From: an uncultured Bacilli bacterium
Lineage (GTDB): Bacteria; Bacillota_I; Bacilli_A; RF39; UBA660
DNA length: 64,000 bases
Assembly: GCA_947598485.1 (NCBI GenBank)
Contig: CANQFJ010000002.1
Span: forward strand, 12,065-76,064
Direction of reading: 5' to 3'
The notes under the pieces were generated by a model. The model was not told where the DNA came from, searched no databases, and saw only the letters and a list, made by a program, of their open reading frames with translations. Position 1 is the stretch's first letter. Each line of letters starts with the position of its first letter. Below are positions 1-8,191 of the stretch, in pieces. Both the position numbers and the translations under genes were made by a program.

Positions 1-547
1 TGGTGTTAATATAAAAGATTTAACGGAAAAATCTTTAAGGAGTACTATTTCTTCGATTAGACAAAATCCTTTTTTATTTAACATGTCGGTTATAGATAAT
101 TTTAGATTAGTTAAACCTAAAGTTACTTTACAGGAAGTTAGGGAAGTATGCCAAAAAGCTTATATTGATGATTATATTATGAGCCTTCCTGATAAATATG
201 ATAGTATTATAGGCGAAGGGGGAATTAATTTATCTGGTGGTCAAAAGCAAAGACTGGCAATTGCGCGAACACTTCTTTTGAATACCAAGATTATTTTATT
301 TGATGAAGCAACATCTGCTCTTGATAATGAATCCCAAGGCTATATAAAAAAGACTATTGATAATTTAGTTAAAAATCATACTATAATTATAATAGCTCAT
401 CGCTTATCAACTATTGTTGATGCTGATGAAATATATTTAATTGATAAAGGTACTTTAGCAGCTCAAGGAAAACATAAAGAATTACTTAAAAAATCTAATA
501 TTTACAGAAACTTGTATTTAAATGAAGATATAAATGGAGATGAATAA
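1..547 (+). CDS. ABC exporter ATP-binding domain, C-terminal fragment; the 5' end lies outside the window
   Basis: The frame is open from base 2. It contains the ABC signature LSGGQKQRLAIARTLL, the Walker B motif ILFDEATSALD and an H-loop IIIIAHRLSTI. The stop codon is at 545-547. Confidence 0.85.
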   Translation, partial: GVNIKDLTEKSLRSTISSIRQNPFLFNMSVIDNFRLVKPKVTLQEVREVCQKAYIDDYIMSLPDKYDSIIGEGGINLSGGQKQRLAIARTLLLNTKIILFDEATSALDNESQGYIKKTIDNLVKNHTIIIIAHRLSTIVDADEIYLIDKGTLAAQGKHKELLKKSNIYRNLYLNEDINGDE

Positions 548-548
548 A

Positions 549-791
549 ATGGATATTAAAGATTTAAAAAAAGGATTACCTCAAGAAGATTCATGGCTTG
601 AAAAAAGAGAAAATGGTATGGTACTTTCTGATCATCACATAAAAGTGTTAAATAGAAATAACATTGATTATAAAAAGTATAAAAATATAAAGGAATTAAT
701 GTTTGCTATTAATGAAATGGATATTGATGAAGATGATGAATTAGAACAAGTTGCTCGAGATCTTGATGAAATGGATTACTATAGCAAATAG
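549..791 (+). CDS. Hypothetical small acidic protein (about 81 aa); an alternative start is at 534
   Basis: Open reading frame beginning right after the ABC stop codon. GGAGAT lies 7 nt upstream of the ATG at 549. I recognise no domain. Confidence 0.35.
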   Translation: MDIKDLKKGLPQEDSWLEKRENGMVLSDHHIKVLNRNNIDYKKYKNIKELMFAINEMDIDEDDELEQVARDLDEMDYYSK

Positions 792-798
792 GTATTAA

Positions 799-1530
799 AT
801 GAAAAGAAGTATAGTATTTTATTTATTAGTTTTAGTTTTTTGGCCTATGACTATTAAGGCGGATACTACTGCCCAAGAGGTTAGCTTTGTAAGATGCGTA
901 GATGGTGATACCGCAGTTTTTTTGGTTGGTGAAGAAGAACTTAAGTTTAGATTTCTAGCTATTGATACGCCTGAAACTGTCCATCCTACTAAAGAAGTTG
1001 AAGCCTATGGTGAAAATGCTAGCGAATATACCTGTAATAAACTGACTAATGCTAGTAAAGTAATTGTTGAGTATGAAAATAGTAATAAAATAGATAAATA
1101 TGGCAGAAGCCTAGCCTGGATCTGGGTCGATGATAGCTTACTGCAAAAAGAATTAGTGTCCATTGGTTATGCTGAAGTAGCCTATATCTATGGTAATTAT
1201 CGTTATACAAATAGCCTATGTTTAGCTCAGAAAGACGCTAGAGAAAATAGTTTAGGGCTATGGAGCGAAGGGAAAGAAGAAGGATATTGCTCCACTGTAA
1301 ATCTTGATGAAGTAACTGATAATATAGATCCTACAATGATAGGTGAAGTAACACCTGAAGAAGCTACTAAGCAAGAACTTGAAAATACGATTAAAGAAGT
1401 CAATGATTTTACCGATAAAATAAATGACTTTCTTGTTGATAATAATGGCAAGATTTCTAATATTTTTGTTTTTGTCTTTATTGGCATTGCTGCTATATAC
1501 GCTACTTTTAAGAAAACTAAAAGAAAATAA
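799..1530 (+). CDS. nuc: Secreted, membrane-anchored thermonuclease of the staphylococcal nuclease (SNase) family
   Basis: N-terminal signal peptide. The SNase core includes VRCVDGDT...RFLAIDTPE...YGRSLAWIWVD...LGLW. There is a C-terminal hydrophobic anchor (FVFVFIGIAAIYATF). Confidence 0.85.
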   Translation: MKRSIVFYLLVLVFWPMTIKADTTAQEVSFVRCVDGDTAVFLVGEEELKFRFLAIDTPETVHPTKEVEAYGENASEYTCNKLTNASKVIVEYENSNKIDKYGRSLAWIWVDDSLLQKELVSIGYAEVAYIYGNYRYTNSLCLAQKDARENSLGLWSEGKEEGYCSTVNLDEVTDNIDPTMIGEVTPEEATKQELENTIKEVNDFTDKINDFLVDNNGKISNIFVFVFIGIAAIYATFKKTKRK

Positions 1531-1588
1531 TTATTTTCGCCCAAGCCACTTTTTCAATAGCTAATATACTACTGATAGGGTGAATAAA

Positions 1589-2374
1589 ATGATATCGTGG
1601 TATGTAAATTTAGCTAATCCAATTCAATCTTTTTTGGCAGGGATACTAACTTTTGCCATAACATCTTTAGGAGCAGGAATTGTTGTTTTCTTTAAAAAAG
1701 TTGATAAAAATATTTTGGCTATGATGCTATCTTTATCTGCAGGTATAATGTTAGCAGCAAGTTTCTTTTCGTTAATTAATCCCGCTTTAAGTGGGGCAGA
1801 AAGTCTTGGACTTAATCCCTGGCTTGTCGTAGCTATTGGCTTTATTTTTGGAGGACTTTTCTTAATCCTAAGTGATAAATTAGTTTCTAAGCATGTAGAG
1901 GATAATAACAATACTAAAAGATTAATTTTACTTGTTAGCTCTATTGTATTACATAATATTCCTGAAGGCTTAGCAATAGGCGTTGCCTTTGGCTCTATTA
2001 AATATGGTTTAGACGGCGTAACATTAGCTTCAGCCGTAATGCTTGCGGTGGGAATTGGTATTCAAAATTTTCCTGAGGGAGCTGCAATTAGCTTACCTTT
2101 AAGAGGAGCAGGATATTCAAGACTAAAAGCTTTCCTTATAGGAGCTTTAAGTGGGATTGTTGAACCAATATCTAGTTTAATAGGAGCCATATTAGTTTTA
2201 AATGTCCGTAATTCTCTTCCATATTTATTAGCCTTTGCCGGAGGAGCTATGATCTTTGTGGTTATCTCAGAAATCATTCCCGAAAGTCAAAATAGTGAGC
2301 ATAAAAATTTAATGACTTTCTTAGCTTTAATGGGATTTGTTATTATGATGGTCTTAGATGTGGCACTTGGTTGA
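1589..2374 (+). CDS. ZIP-family divalent metal (zinc) transporter, ZupT/GufA-like
   Basis: Eight predicted TM helices. The ZIP signatures HNIPEGLAIGVAF and QNFPEGAAISLPL are present. The ATG at 1589 follows GGGTGA, and the GTG at 1580 is an alternative start. Confidence 0.85.
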   Translation: MISWYVNLANPIQSFLAGILTFAITSLGAGIVVFFKKVDKNILAMMLSLSAGIMLAASFFSLINPALSGAESLGLNPWLVVAIGFIFGGLFLILSDKLVSKHVEDNNNTKRLILLVSSIVLHNIPEGLAIGVAFGSIKYGLDGVTLASAVMLAVGIGIQNFPEGAAISLPLRGAGYSRLKAFLIGALSGIVEPISSLIGAILVLNVRNSLPYLLAFAGGAMIFVVISEIIPESQNSEHKNLMTFLALMGFVIMMVLDVALG

Positions 2375-2461
2375 CAAAAAAATACAAAATATTGTAAAGC
2401 TTTCTGCTTTTATACAAATAAAATGATATAATTATATAAGAGTAGGAAAGGAAGGTGTTAT

Positions 2462-4405
2462 ATGAAACGTAAATTATTATTACTATCTATAGCATGCTTC
2501 CTTTTTTTTAATTATGTAGATGTTTCGGCGAAAACTATTGTTAAGATTATTGTCCCTTATACAGGTGTAAGACTTAGGGAAGAGCCGTCAACAAGTTCTC
2601 GCTCTATTATAGATCGTATTTCTGAAAATGCGGTATATGAATTAGTCGATGAAGAACTATATAATAAATCAGATTCATGTTCTAAGGGTTGGAACAAAGT
2701 TTATTATAGTGGTCATAATATAGGTTATATCTGTTCTAATTATACAAAGGAATTTTCCCGAGTTGAGTATGATGAAAACGCTGCAGCTAGCTGTGAATCG
2801 GAACTAAAAATTAAGGGTTTTCCTGATAGCTATATCAAAGACTTATGTGACTTAAAAGCAATCCATCCGAATTGGACTTTTACTCCTGATTTTAATAATT
2901 TAGATTGGAATACTTCTATAACCGAACAAGAATATGACCGTAAAGCTTTAATTCAATCATATAATGAGGACACGCAAGGTCTTCTTGATACAGAGTATTT
3001 ATCTTATAATTACTTAACTGATACCTTTATTGTAAAAGAAGGAAGTAATTGGTATAATGCCAGTCATGATGCTATAGCTTACTTTTTAGATCCAAGAAAT
3101 TTCTTTAATGAAAAAGAAATATTTATCTTTCAAAAATTATCATTTGATGAAGTAACCCAAAAACAAGAAACCGTGGAAAGTATTTTAGATGGTACTGATA
3201 TTAAAGAAAAAAGCTCAGTTATTTACGATGCTGGACGTACTTATAATGTAAGTCCTATTTACCTTGCCAGTAGAATTAGACTAGAGACAACAGGAAATTA
3301 TACTAATTATTCTATTAAGGGGACAGCATATGGCAATTATCCTCATATATATAACGCTTATAATATTGGAGCATATACTGGTGCTGCCGATGGTATTAAA
3401 TGGGCTGCCGGTAATATGGGACATGGAACTCCTTGGACAACTCTTGATGCGGCTATTTATGGAGGAGCTAGCTATATCGCAGCTAACTATATAGGCCAAG
3501 GTCAAGATACTACCTATTTTCAAAAGTTTAATACATCTTCTTATTCTAACTATGCCACTCATACTCATCAATATCAAACTAATATTCAAGGCCCTGCAAG
3601 CGAGGCCGTACCTACTTACAATTCTTATGCTATTAATAATTTGTTAGAAACAGCATTTGACTTTGTAATTCCTATTTATGCAAATATGCCAGAAACTGCT
3701 TCTCCAATGCCTACTTATGGTAATCCTAATAATCATTTAAAAAGTATAACTATAAATGATAAAGAATTGCCAGGATTTAAACATGACACTTTCGTTTATG
3801 ACTATTATGTTGCAAAAGGCACTGTCTCTATAAAGATAGATGGGGCTATTATTAACAAGAATACTAAGCTTGAAGGCACTGGAACTATTAATTTGACTGG
3901 TGAAAAAACTCCTGTAGTACTTACTGTAACAGCGCAAAACCAAAAGGTCCAAACATATACTATTAACGTTATAAGGACAGATGGCATAGATATGAGTGTT
4001 GATGATATTTTAAATAGTATGTCAGCTCCCGTAACGGGGGATATGCTAATTTACTCCGCGGGAATAACTATTGATCAATTAAGAAATGAAGTTAATAAAG
4101 TATCTGCTACCGCAAGTGTAGTTGTTGATGCTAAAAATGCTATGACCCTTTCGACCGGTGATACCATAACTATTGCTAATGGAAGCGATAAGAAAACATT
4201 CAATGTTACAATAAAAGGCGATATAAGTGGGGATGGTAATATCGATATTCAAGATTTATTAAAAGTTCAAAAAAGCATTTTAGGATATACCGATTTGGCA
4301 GGACCATACTTTAAAGCCGCTGATACTAATCAAGATGGACTTGTTAATGTTACTGACTTATTAAGAGTTCAAAAGCATATATTAGGATATATAACTATTC
4401 AATAG
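2462..4405 (+). CDS. Secreted cell-wall hydrolase: SH3b domain, LytD-like GH73 N-acetylglucosaminidase, an Ig/cadherin-like beta-sandwich, and a C-terminal type-I dockerin
   Basis: Signal peptide. The SH3b-like region is KTIVKIIVPYTGVRLREEPS...GWNKVYYSGHNIGYICSNY. GH73 motifs are YFLDPRNFF...IFIFQ, IYLASRIRLETTGN (catalytic Glu) and YFQKFN. Two dockerin calcium-binding segments are DISGDGNIDIQDLLKVQKSILG and ADTNQDGLVNVTDLLRVQKHILG. The RBS AGGAAAGGAAGG precedes the ATG. Confidence 0.8.
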   Translation: MKRKLLLLSIACFLFFNYVDVSAKTIVKIIVPYTGVRLREEPSTSSRSIIDRISENAVYELVDEELYNKSDSCSKGWNKVYYSGHNIGYICSNYTKEFSRVEYDENAAASCESELKIKGFPDSYIKDLCDLKAIHPNWTFTPDFNNLDWNTSITEQEYDRKALIQSYNEDTQGLLDTEYLSYNYLTDTFIVKEGSNWYNASHDAIAYFLDPRNFFNEKEIFIFQKLSFDEVTQKQETVESILDGTDIKEKSSVIYDAGRTYNVSPIYLASRIRLETTGNYTNYSIKGTAYGNYPHIYNAYNIGAYTGAADGIKWAAGNMGHGTPWTTLDAAIYGGASYIAANYIGQGQDTTYFQKFNTSSYSNYATHTHQYQTNIQGPASEAVPTYNSYAINNLLETAFDFVIPIYANMPETASPMPTYGNPNNHLKSITINDKELPGFKHDTFVYDYYVAKGTVSIKIDGAIINKNTKLEGTGTINLTGEKTPVVLTVTAQNQKVQTYTINVIRTDGIDMSVDDILNSMSAPVTGDMLIYSAGITIDQLRNEVNKVSATASVVVDAKNAMTLSTGDTITIANGSDKKTFNVTIKGDISGDGNIDIQDLLKVQKSILGYTDLAGPYFKAADTNQDGLVNVTDLLRVQKHILGYITIQ

Positions 4406-4419
4406 AAAAGAGATGAAAT

Positions 4420-5994
4420 ATGAAGAAAGTAAAATTAATATTATTTACGCTCCTAAGTTGTTTACTATTTTCTGGTACTGCTTATGCTGCAACAGCAAAT
4501 ATTAAGGTATCTGCAACAGCATCACAAGTAATTATTGGTAATAACGTAACAGTTTATGTGACGATTTCTTCAGCATCTCCATTAGGCGCCTGGGAATATG
4601 GTCTTAACTATAATTCAAGTGTTTTTAGATTAGTATCTTCATCAGATGGTCTTCATGTAGCAGGATATGTTAGTAATAATACAACTAAGTCAATGACCTT
4701 TACTTATACTTTTACCGCTGTAGCAAAAGGATCTAGTACTTTTTCCGTAGGATCTGCTAATGTAGTAGGGTTTGATGAAAGTATTATGACTTTAAATCCA
4801 AGTTCTGTTACTGTAAATACTATAACTTATAATGAATACCAAGATAGTTTATCAAAGAATAATAATTTAGCGTCTTTAAAAGTAGATGGAGCTGATTTAG
4901 AACCGGAATTTAATAGAGATACTTTAGAATATAATGTTAAAGTATCTGAGGATACTAAAGAAATTAATATTGCCGCTACGCCGGAAGATAGTACTGCTTC
5001 CGTAAGTGGAATAGGACCTCAAAGTGTATCTCCCGGTAATAATACTTTTGAAATATATGTTGTAGCTCAAAATGGTAGTGAAAAAGTTTATAAAATTAAT
5101 GTTGAAGTAATCGATAAAAACCCTATAGAGGTTGAGTATGAAAATAAAAAGTATACAGTCGTAAAGATTAGAGATAATTTAGTTGCTCCAAAAGGATTTA
5201 AAGAATCAACTATAAATATCGAAGAATTTGAAATACCAGCTTATCGCAGCGATATAATGGATGTTGTAGTAATAGGCCTTAAAGATGAAGATGGTAAAAT
5301 AGTAATGTTTACTTATGAAGATGGCAAATATGATAAATATTTAGAAATAAATTTAGGTAATATAACTATTAGACCTCTTGAAATGAAAGAAAAGCTTGAT
5401 GACTATACACTTTCGTCATTAAAGATAAATAATATTGAGATAGAGTGCCTTCAAAAAACTAATGAAGATCGTTATAAATATGTTTATGGTGTTAATGTAG
5501 AAACTAATGAAGAAGGGCTATACACTGTAGATACCAAAGATAACACTATTATGAAGTTTGATAAAGAAGAAAGTACAGAAATAGCGGAACAAACTAAATT
5601 ATTATTGTATATCGCTTCTGCTTTTGCAGGTACGACATTTGTAAGCTTAATAGTTATTCTTTGTCTTCTAAGTAAAAAGAATAAAAACAAAGAACCCGAA
5701 AAGAAAGTAAGCAAACAAAATAAAAAAGAAGAAGTACAAGAAAAAACTATATGTCCTAAATGTCACCAAGAATATGATACTAATGAAGAAAGATGCCCAT
5801 ATTGTGCCTTAAAAGAAGAAGCAAATAAGCAAAAAGAAGATAAAAAATTAGCTAAAACTGCGAAAATAAGCAAAGATAATTTACCTTCCGAAGAAGAAAT
5901 AGAAAAAGCTGATGAGCAAGCCGATGAAGTATATGATATCTTCGAAGATGAGCATAAGCACAAAAAGAAGAAAAAAGACAAAAAAGTCAAATAA
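4420..5994 (+). CDS. Membrane-anchored cohesin-like scaffold protein: signal peptide, cohesin-like domain, cadherin-like domain, TM helix, and a cytoplasmic Zn-ribbon plus Lys/Glu-rich tail
   Basis: The N-terminal domain IKVSATASQVIIGNNVTVYVTISSASPLGAWEYGLNYNSSVFRLVS follows the cohesin pattern (GDTVxVPV...YDPxVLE). The single TM helix is LLLYIASAFAGTTFVSLIVILCLL. The tail has CPKCHQEY...CPYC followed by a KKEDKK-rich stretch. Confidence 0.6.
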   Translation: MKKVKLILFTLLSCLLFSGTAYAATANIKVSATASQVIIGNNVTVYVTISSASPLGAWEYGLNYNSSVFRLVSSSDGLHVAGYVSNNTTKSMTFTYTFTAVAKGSSTFSVGSANVVGFDESIMTLNPSSVTVNTITYNEYQDSLSKNNNLASLKVDGADLEPEFNRDTLEYNVKVSEDTKEINIAATPEDSTASVSGIGPQSVSPGNNTFEIYVVAQNGSEKVYKINVEVIDKNPIEVEYENKKYTVVKIRDNLVAPKGFKESTINIEEFEIPAYRSDIMDVVVIGLKDEDGKIVMFTYEDGKYDKYLEINLGNITIRPLEMKEKLDDYTLSSLKINNIEIECLQKTNEDRYKYVYGVNVETNEEGLYTVDTKDNTIMKFDKEESTEIAEQTKLLLYIASAFAGTTFVSLIVILCLLSKKNKNKEPEKKVSKQNKKEEVQEKTICPKCHQEYDTNEERCPYCALKEEANKQKEDKKLAKTAKISKDNLPSEEEIEKADEQADEVYDIFEDEHKHKKKKKDKKVK

Positions 5995-6000
5995 AGAAAA

Positions 6001-6029
6001 TTGACATTTAAAATATCTTTATGTTATAT
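6001..6029 (+). promoter_or_regulatory. Sigma-70-like promoter (TTGACA, 17 nt, TATATT) in an intergenic region; no annotated + strand gene lies downstream
   Basis: The -35 hexamer TTGACA is at 6001-6006. A 17-nt spacer follows, then TATATT at 6024-6029. A terminator hairpin sits about 90 nt downstream. Confidence 0.3.
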
Positions 6030-6117
6030 TTTCTTTACCGGAAGTAGAAATACTTTGTCAGGTCAATAACTGATGATTGTTAAAATTTATAAATTATATC
6101 TTCTCAGTTAGGTTATA

Positions 6118-6137
6118 GGAAGCGTAGGCTTCCTTTT
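6118..6137. terminator. Intrinsic terminator hairpin (GGAAGC-GTAG-GCTTCC followed by TTTT) lying between two convergent genes; probably works in both directions
   Basis: A perfect 6-bp GC-rich stem is followed by a T-run on the + strand. It sits between the + gene ending at 5994 and the - gene ending at 6139. Confidence 0.55.
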
Positions 6138-6138
6138 A

Positions 6139-6849
6139 CTATGGCAAAAAAAGCTTAACTGTTACAAAGTCTAGCTCATGAATATTATTTTGGTTAAATT
6201 TGCGATGAATAAAATTAGCTATCATATCTGCACTCTGAATACCATAATGAAGTTTAGAATTATATTTTTTTACTCTTAATATTAAGGAAGACTTAAGAAG
6301 AGGCTTATGCATAATAAAGTAGTCATAGTTTTTCATACCATGTACAAGTTCTTTAAAGATACTATCATATAAATTATAGTAGCCATTACTTTTAGCATTA
6401 TTCTCATCTATTTTAATATTTACTCTAAGAGTTAGTAAGCTATCTATAGCTTTATTTTTAATGGCATAGCTAACAATTTCTTTTACAATTCTTTTTTGCG
6501 CATATTCACAAAATCTTGCTCGAGAAAGTTTATTATTTAGAATTCTTTTAAATATTTTTTGATTATTAATAAGTACTGCATAAGATTTTTGACTCTTTAA
6601 TAGATTAATAATTCTTCTGCGACTAGCATTAGTAAGTCTTGATGTTGCTTTTATTTCAGGACAATCATTATTACAATTCTTTTTACTTGAACAGTATTTA
6701 CATTTAATACTATTTATTATACTTTTATATCTAATGATAAAGTTATTATATTCTTCTGCTGAGTAAAAAAATAATCCAGCATATACAAATGTGCCTTCGT
6801 TTGCATTTAATACTCCTGAATCATCCATATAAATAAATAATTCATTCAT
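6139..6849 (-). CDS. DUF3800-family protein; it is the only substantial minus-strand gene in the window
   Basis: An N-terminal IYMDDSG motif (a DES-like motif) and a C-terminal GIQSADMIANF (QxAD motif) are the two hallmarks of DUF3800. A cysteine-rich segment CKYCSSKKNCNNDCPE is also present. On the minus strand a strong RBS GGAGGT lies 5 nt before the ATG. Confidence 0.7.
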   Translation of the reverse strand: MNELFIYMDDSGVLNANEGTFVYAGLFFYSAEEYNNFIIRYKSIINSIKCKYCSSKKNCNNDCPEIKATSRLTNASRRRIINLLKSQKSYAVLINNQKIFKRILNNKLSRARFCEYAQKRIVKEIVSYAIKNKAIDSLLTLRVNIKIDENNAKSNGYYNLYDSIFKELVHGMKNYDYFIMHKPLLKSSLILRVKKYNSKLHYGIQSADMIANFIHRKFNQNNIHELDFVTVKLFLP

Positions 6850-6952
6850 TATGTACCTCCATATTTATTTATACCCGATTAATAACCAATTTCCTTTTTA
6901 TTTTTAAAATATTTTTCTTATTTTGGATAATAGTATAGTCTATTTATTTAGA

Positions 6953-6981
6953 TTGAACTATTATTTCATCTTTGATATAAT
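6953..6981 (+). promoter_or_regulatory. Near-consensus sigma-70 promoter (TTGAAC, 17 nt, TATAAT)
   Basis: TTGAAC is at 6953-6958, followed by a 17-nt spacer and TATAAT at 6976-6981. A GC-rich hairpin starts 10 nt downstream. Confidence 0.45.
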
Positions 6982-6990
6982 GTAGATATG

Positions 6991-7032
6991 GAAGTGGCCT
7001 CGCCGTCATCGGGGAGGTCACTTCTTTTTTTA
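6991..7032 (+). terminator. GC-rich intrinsic terminator or attenuator hairpin in the leader of the polysaccharide locus
   Basis: The sequence is GAAGTGGCCTCGCCGTCATCGGGGAGGTCACTTC followed by TTTTTTTT. It forms an 11-bp stem with one G-U pair and an extended inner stem. It has the highest GC content of any segment in an otherwise AT-rich region. Confidence 0.6.
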
Positions 7033-7083
7033 TTTGTTGTCTATAAAAACTCTAAAAGTAAAATTAATATAAACATCTTATTA

Positions 7084-7113
7084 TTGTTAAATCTTCTTAT
7101 TATGGGTTATAAT
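7084..7113 (+). promoter_or_regulatory. Putative promoter of the tagO operon (TTGTTA, 18 nt, TATAAT)
   Basis: The hexamers are at 7084-7089 and 7108-7113, about 17 nt upstream of the AGGAG RBS of the gene starting at 7130. Confidence 0.35.
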
Positions 7114-7129
7114 ACTAATAGGAGTTATA

Positions 7130-8191
7130 ATGAATTTTGTTATTAATAATCACAATATATTAGAAATATTAATTGTAACTTATTTAGTTAGTTTTATCTT
7201 AGTATTTTTATCTAAAAGACTTGCTATTTATGTTGGTGCTATGGACATTCCTAACGCTAGAAAAATTCATAAGCATCCTATGCCAAGACTTGGCGGTATA
7301 GCTATTTATGGTGGCTTTTTATTTGGTTATATGGCCTATGGTGAAGTTACTACACAAATGCTTTCTATTTTAATAGCTTCATTTATATTAGTTGTATTAG
7401 GCATTTTAGATGATATTAAACCAATTAGGGCTAAATATAAATTCTTAGTTCATCTTGTGGTAGCCTCGATTGTTGTTTTTTATGGCCGATTATTCTTTCA
7501 AAATATTACTTTATTAGGACTTAATTTATACTTTCCAATTTTAGCAGGACAAATAATATCAGTTTTATTTATTGTTTCTGCTATAAATGCTATTAATTTA
7601 ATTGATGGTTTAGATGGACTTTGTGCTGGGGTAAGTAGCATTTATTTTGCCACTATAGCTGTTATAGCCTTTATAATGGGTAATACTTCAGGCCTTGATG
7701 TAATTTTGTGTTTAATAATGCTTGGCTCAACTTTAGGATTTTTAACACATAATTTTCCCCCTGCCAAAGTATTCATGGGCGACTGTGGTAGTACCTTCTT
7801 AGGTTTTATGATATCTATTATAGCTTTATTAGGATTTAAAGTGGCTACTATTACATCTTTAGTAGTGCCATTATTAATTTTAGCAATTCCAATATTTGAT
7901 ACATTATTTGCTATAATAAGAAGACTTATTAAACATCAAAGCATAGGAGAACCTGATAAAGAACATTTGCATCATCAACTTCTTAGAATGAAGTTCTCAC
8001 CAAGAAAAAGCTTATTTATAATCTATTTTATCAGTATGCTTTTCTCTTTAGTATCAATATTCTATGCAATAGGAAATAATAGTAAGTTAGCTATAGGTAT
8101 ATATATTGTGTTAATGATCTTATTAATTATTATTGTTGCTAAGACTAATATCTTATTTGAACATAAGAAAAAGAAGAAAAAGGAATTATAA
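7130..8191 (+). CDS. tagO: Undecaprenyl-phosphate N-acetylhexosamine-1-phosphate transferase (TagO/WecA, MraY-like GT4 family)
   Basis: Polytopic membrane protein with the MraY/WecA motifs PRLGGIAI, NAINLIDGLDGL and FMGDCGSTFLGF. It has an AGGAG RBS. Confidence 0.85.
   Translation: MNFVINNHNILEILIVTYLVSFILVFLSKRLAIYVGAMDIPNARKIHKHPMPRLGGIAIYGGFLFGYMAYGEVTTQMLSILIASFILVVLGILDDIKPIRAKYKFLVHLVVASIVVFYGRLFFQNITLLGLNLYFPILAGQIISVLFIVSAINAINLIDGLDGLCAGVSSIYFATIAVIAFIMGNTSGLDVILCLIMLGSTLGFLTHNFPPAKVFMGDCGSTFLGFMISIIALLGFKVATITSLVVPLLILAIPIFDTLFAIIRRLIKHQSIGEPDKEHLHHQLLRMKFSPRKSLFIIYFISMLFSLVSIFYAIGNNSKLAIGIYIVLMILLIIIVAKTNILFEHKKKKKKEL

Noticed and set aside
1227-1911. Minus-strand ORFs overlapping the nuc and ZIP transporter genes (1227-1544 and 1624-1911). 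Similar antisense ORFs lie elsewhere (2062-2277, 3281-3589, 3737-3987, 5484-5990, 14960-15151, 23821-24063, 28120-28323, 29599-29925, 35651-35908, 38170-38427, 39384-39584, 45327-45593, 61469-61717).
   Set aside because: They lie antisense within well-supported genes, have low-complexity or odd composition, lack RBSs and have no recognisable motifs. They are typical spurious ORFs in AT-rich DNA.
6991-7032. A riboswitch in the tagO leader
   Set aside because: The element is a simple hairpin plus T-run only about 45 nt from the predicted transcription start. There is no aptamer-sized conserved structure.
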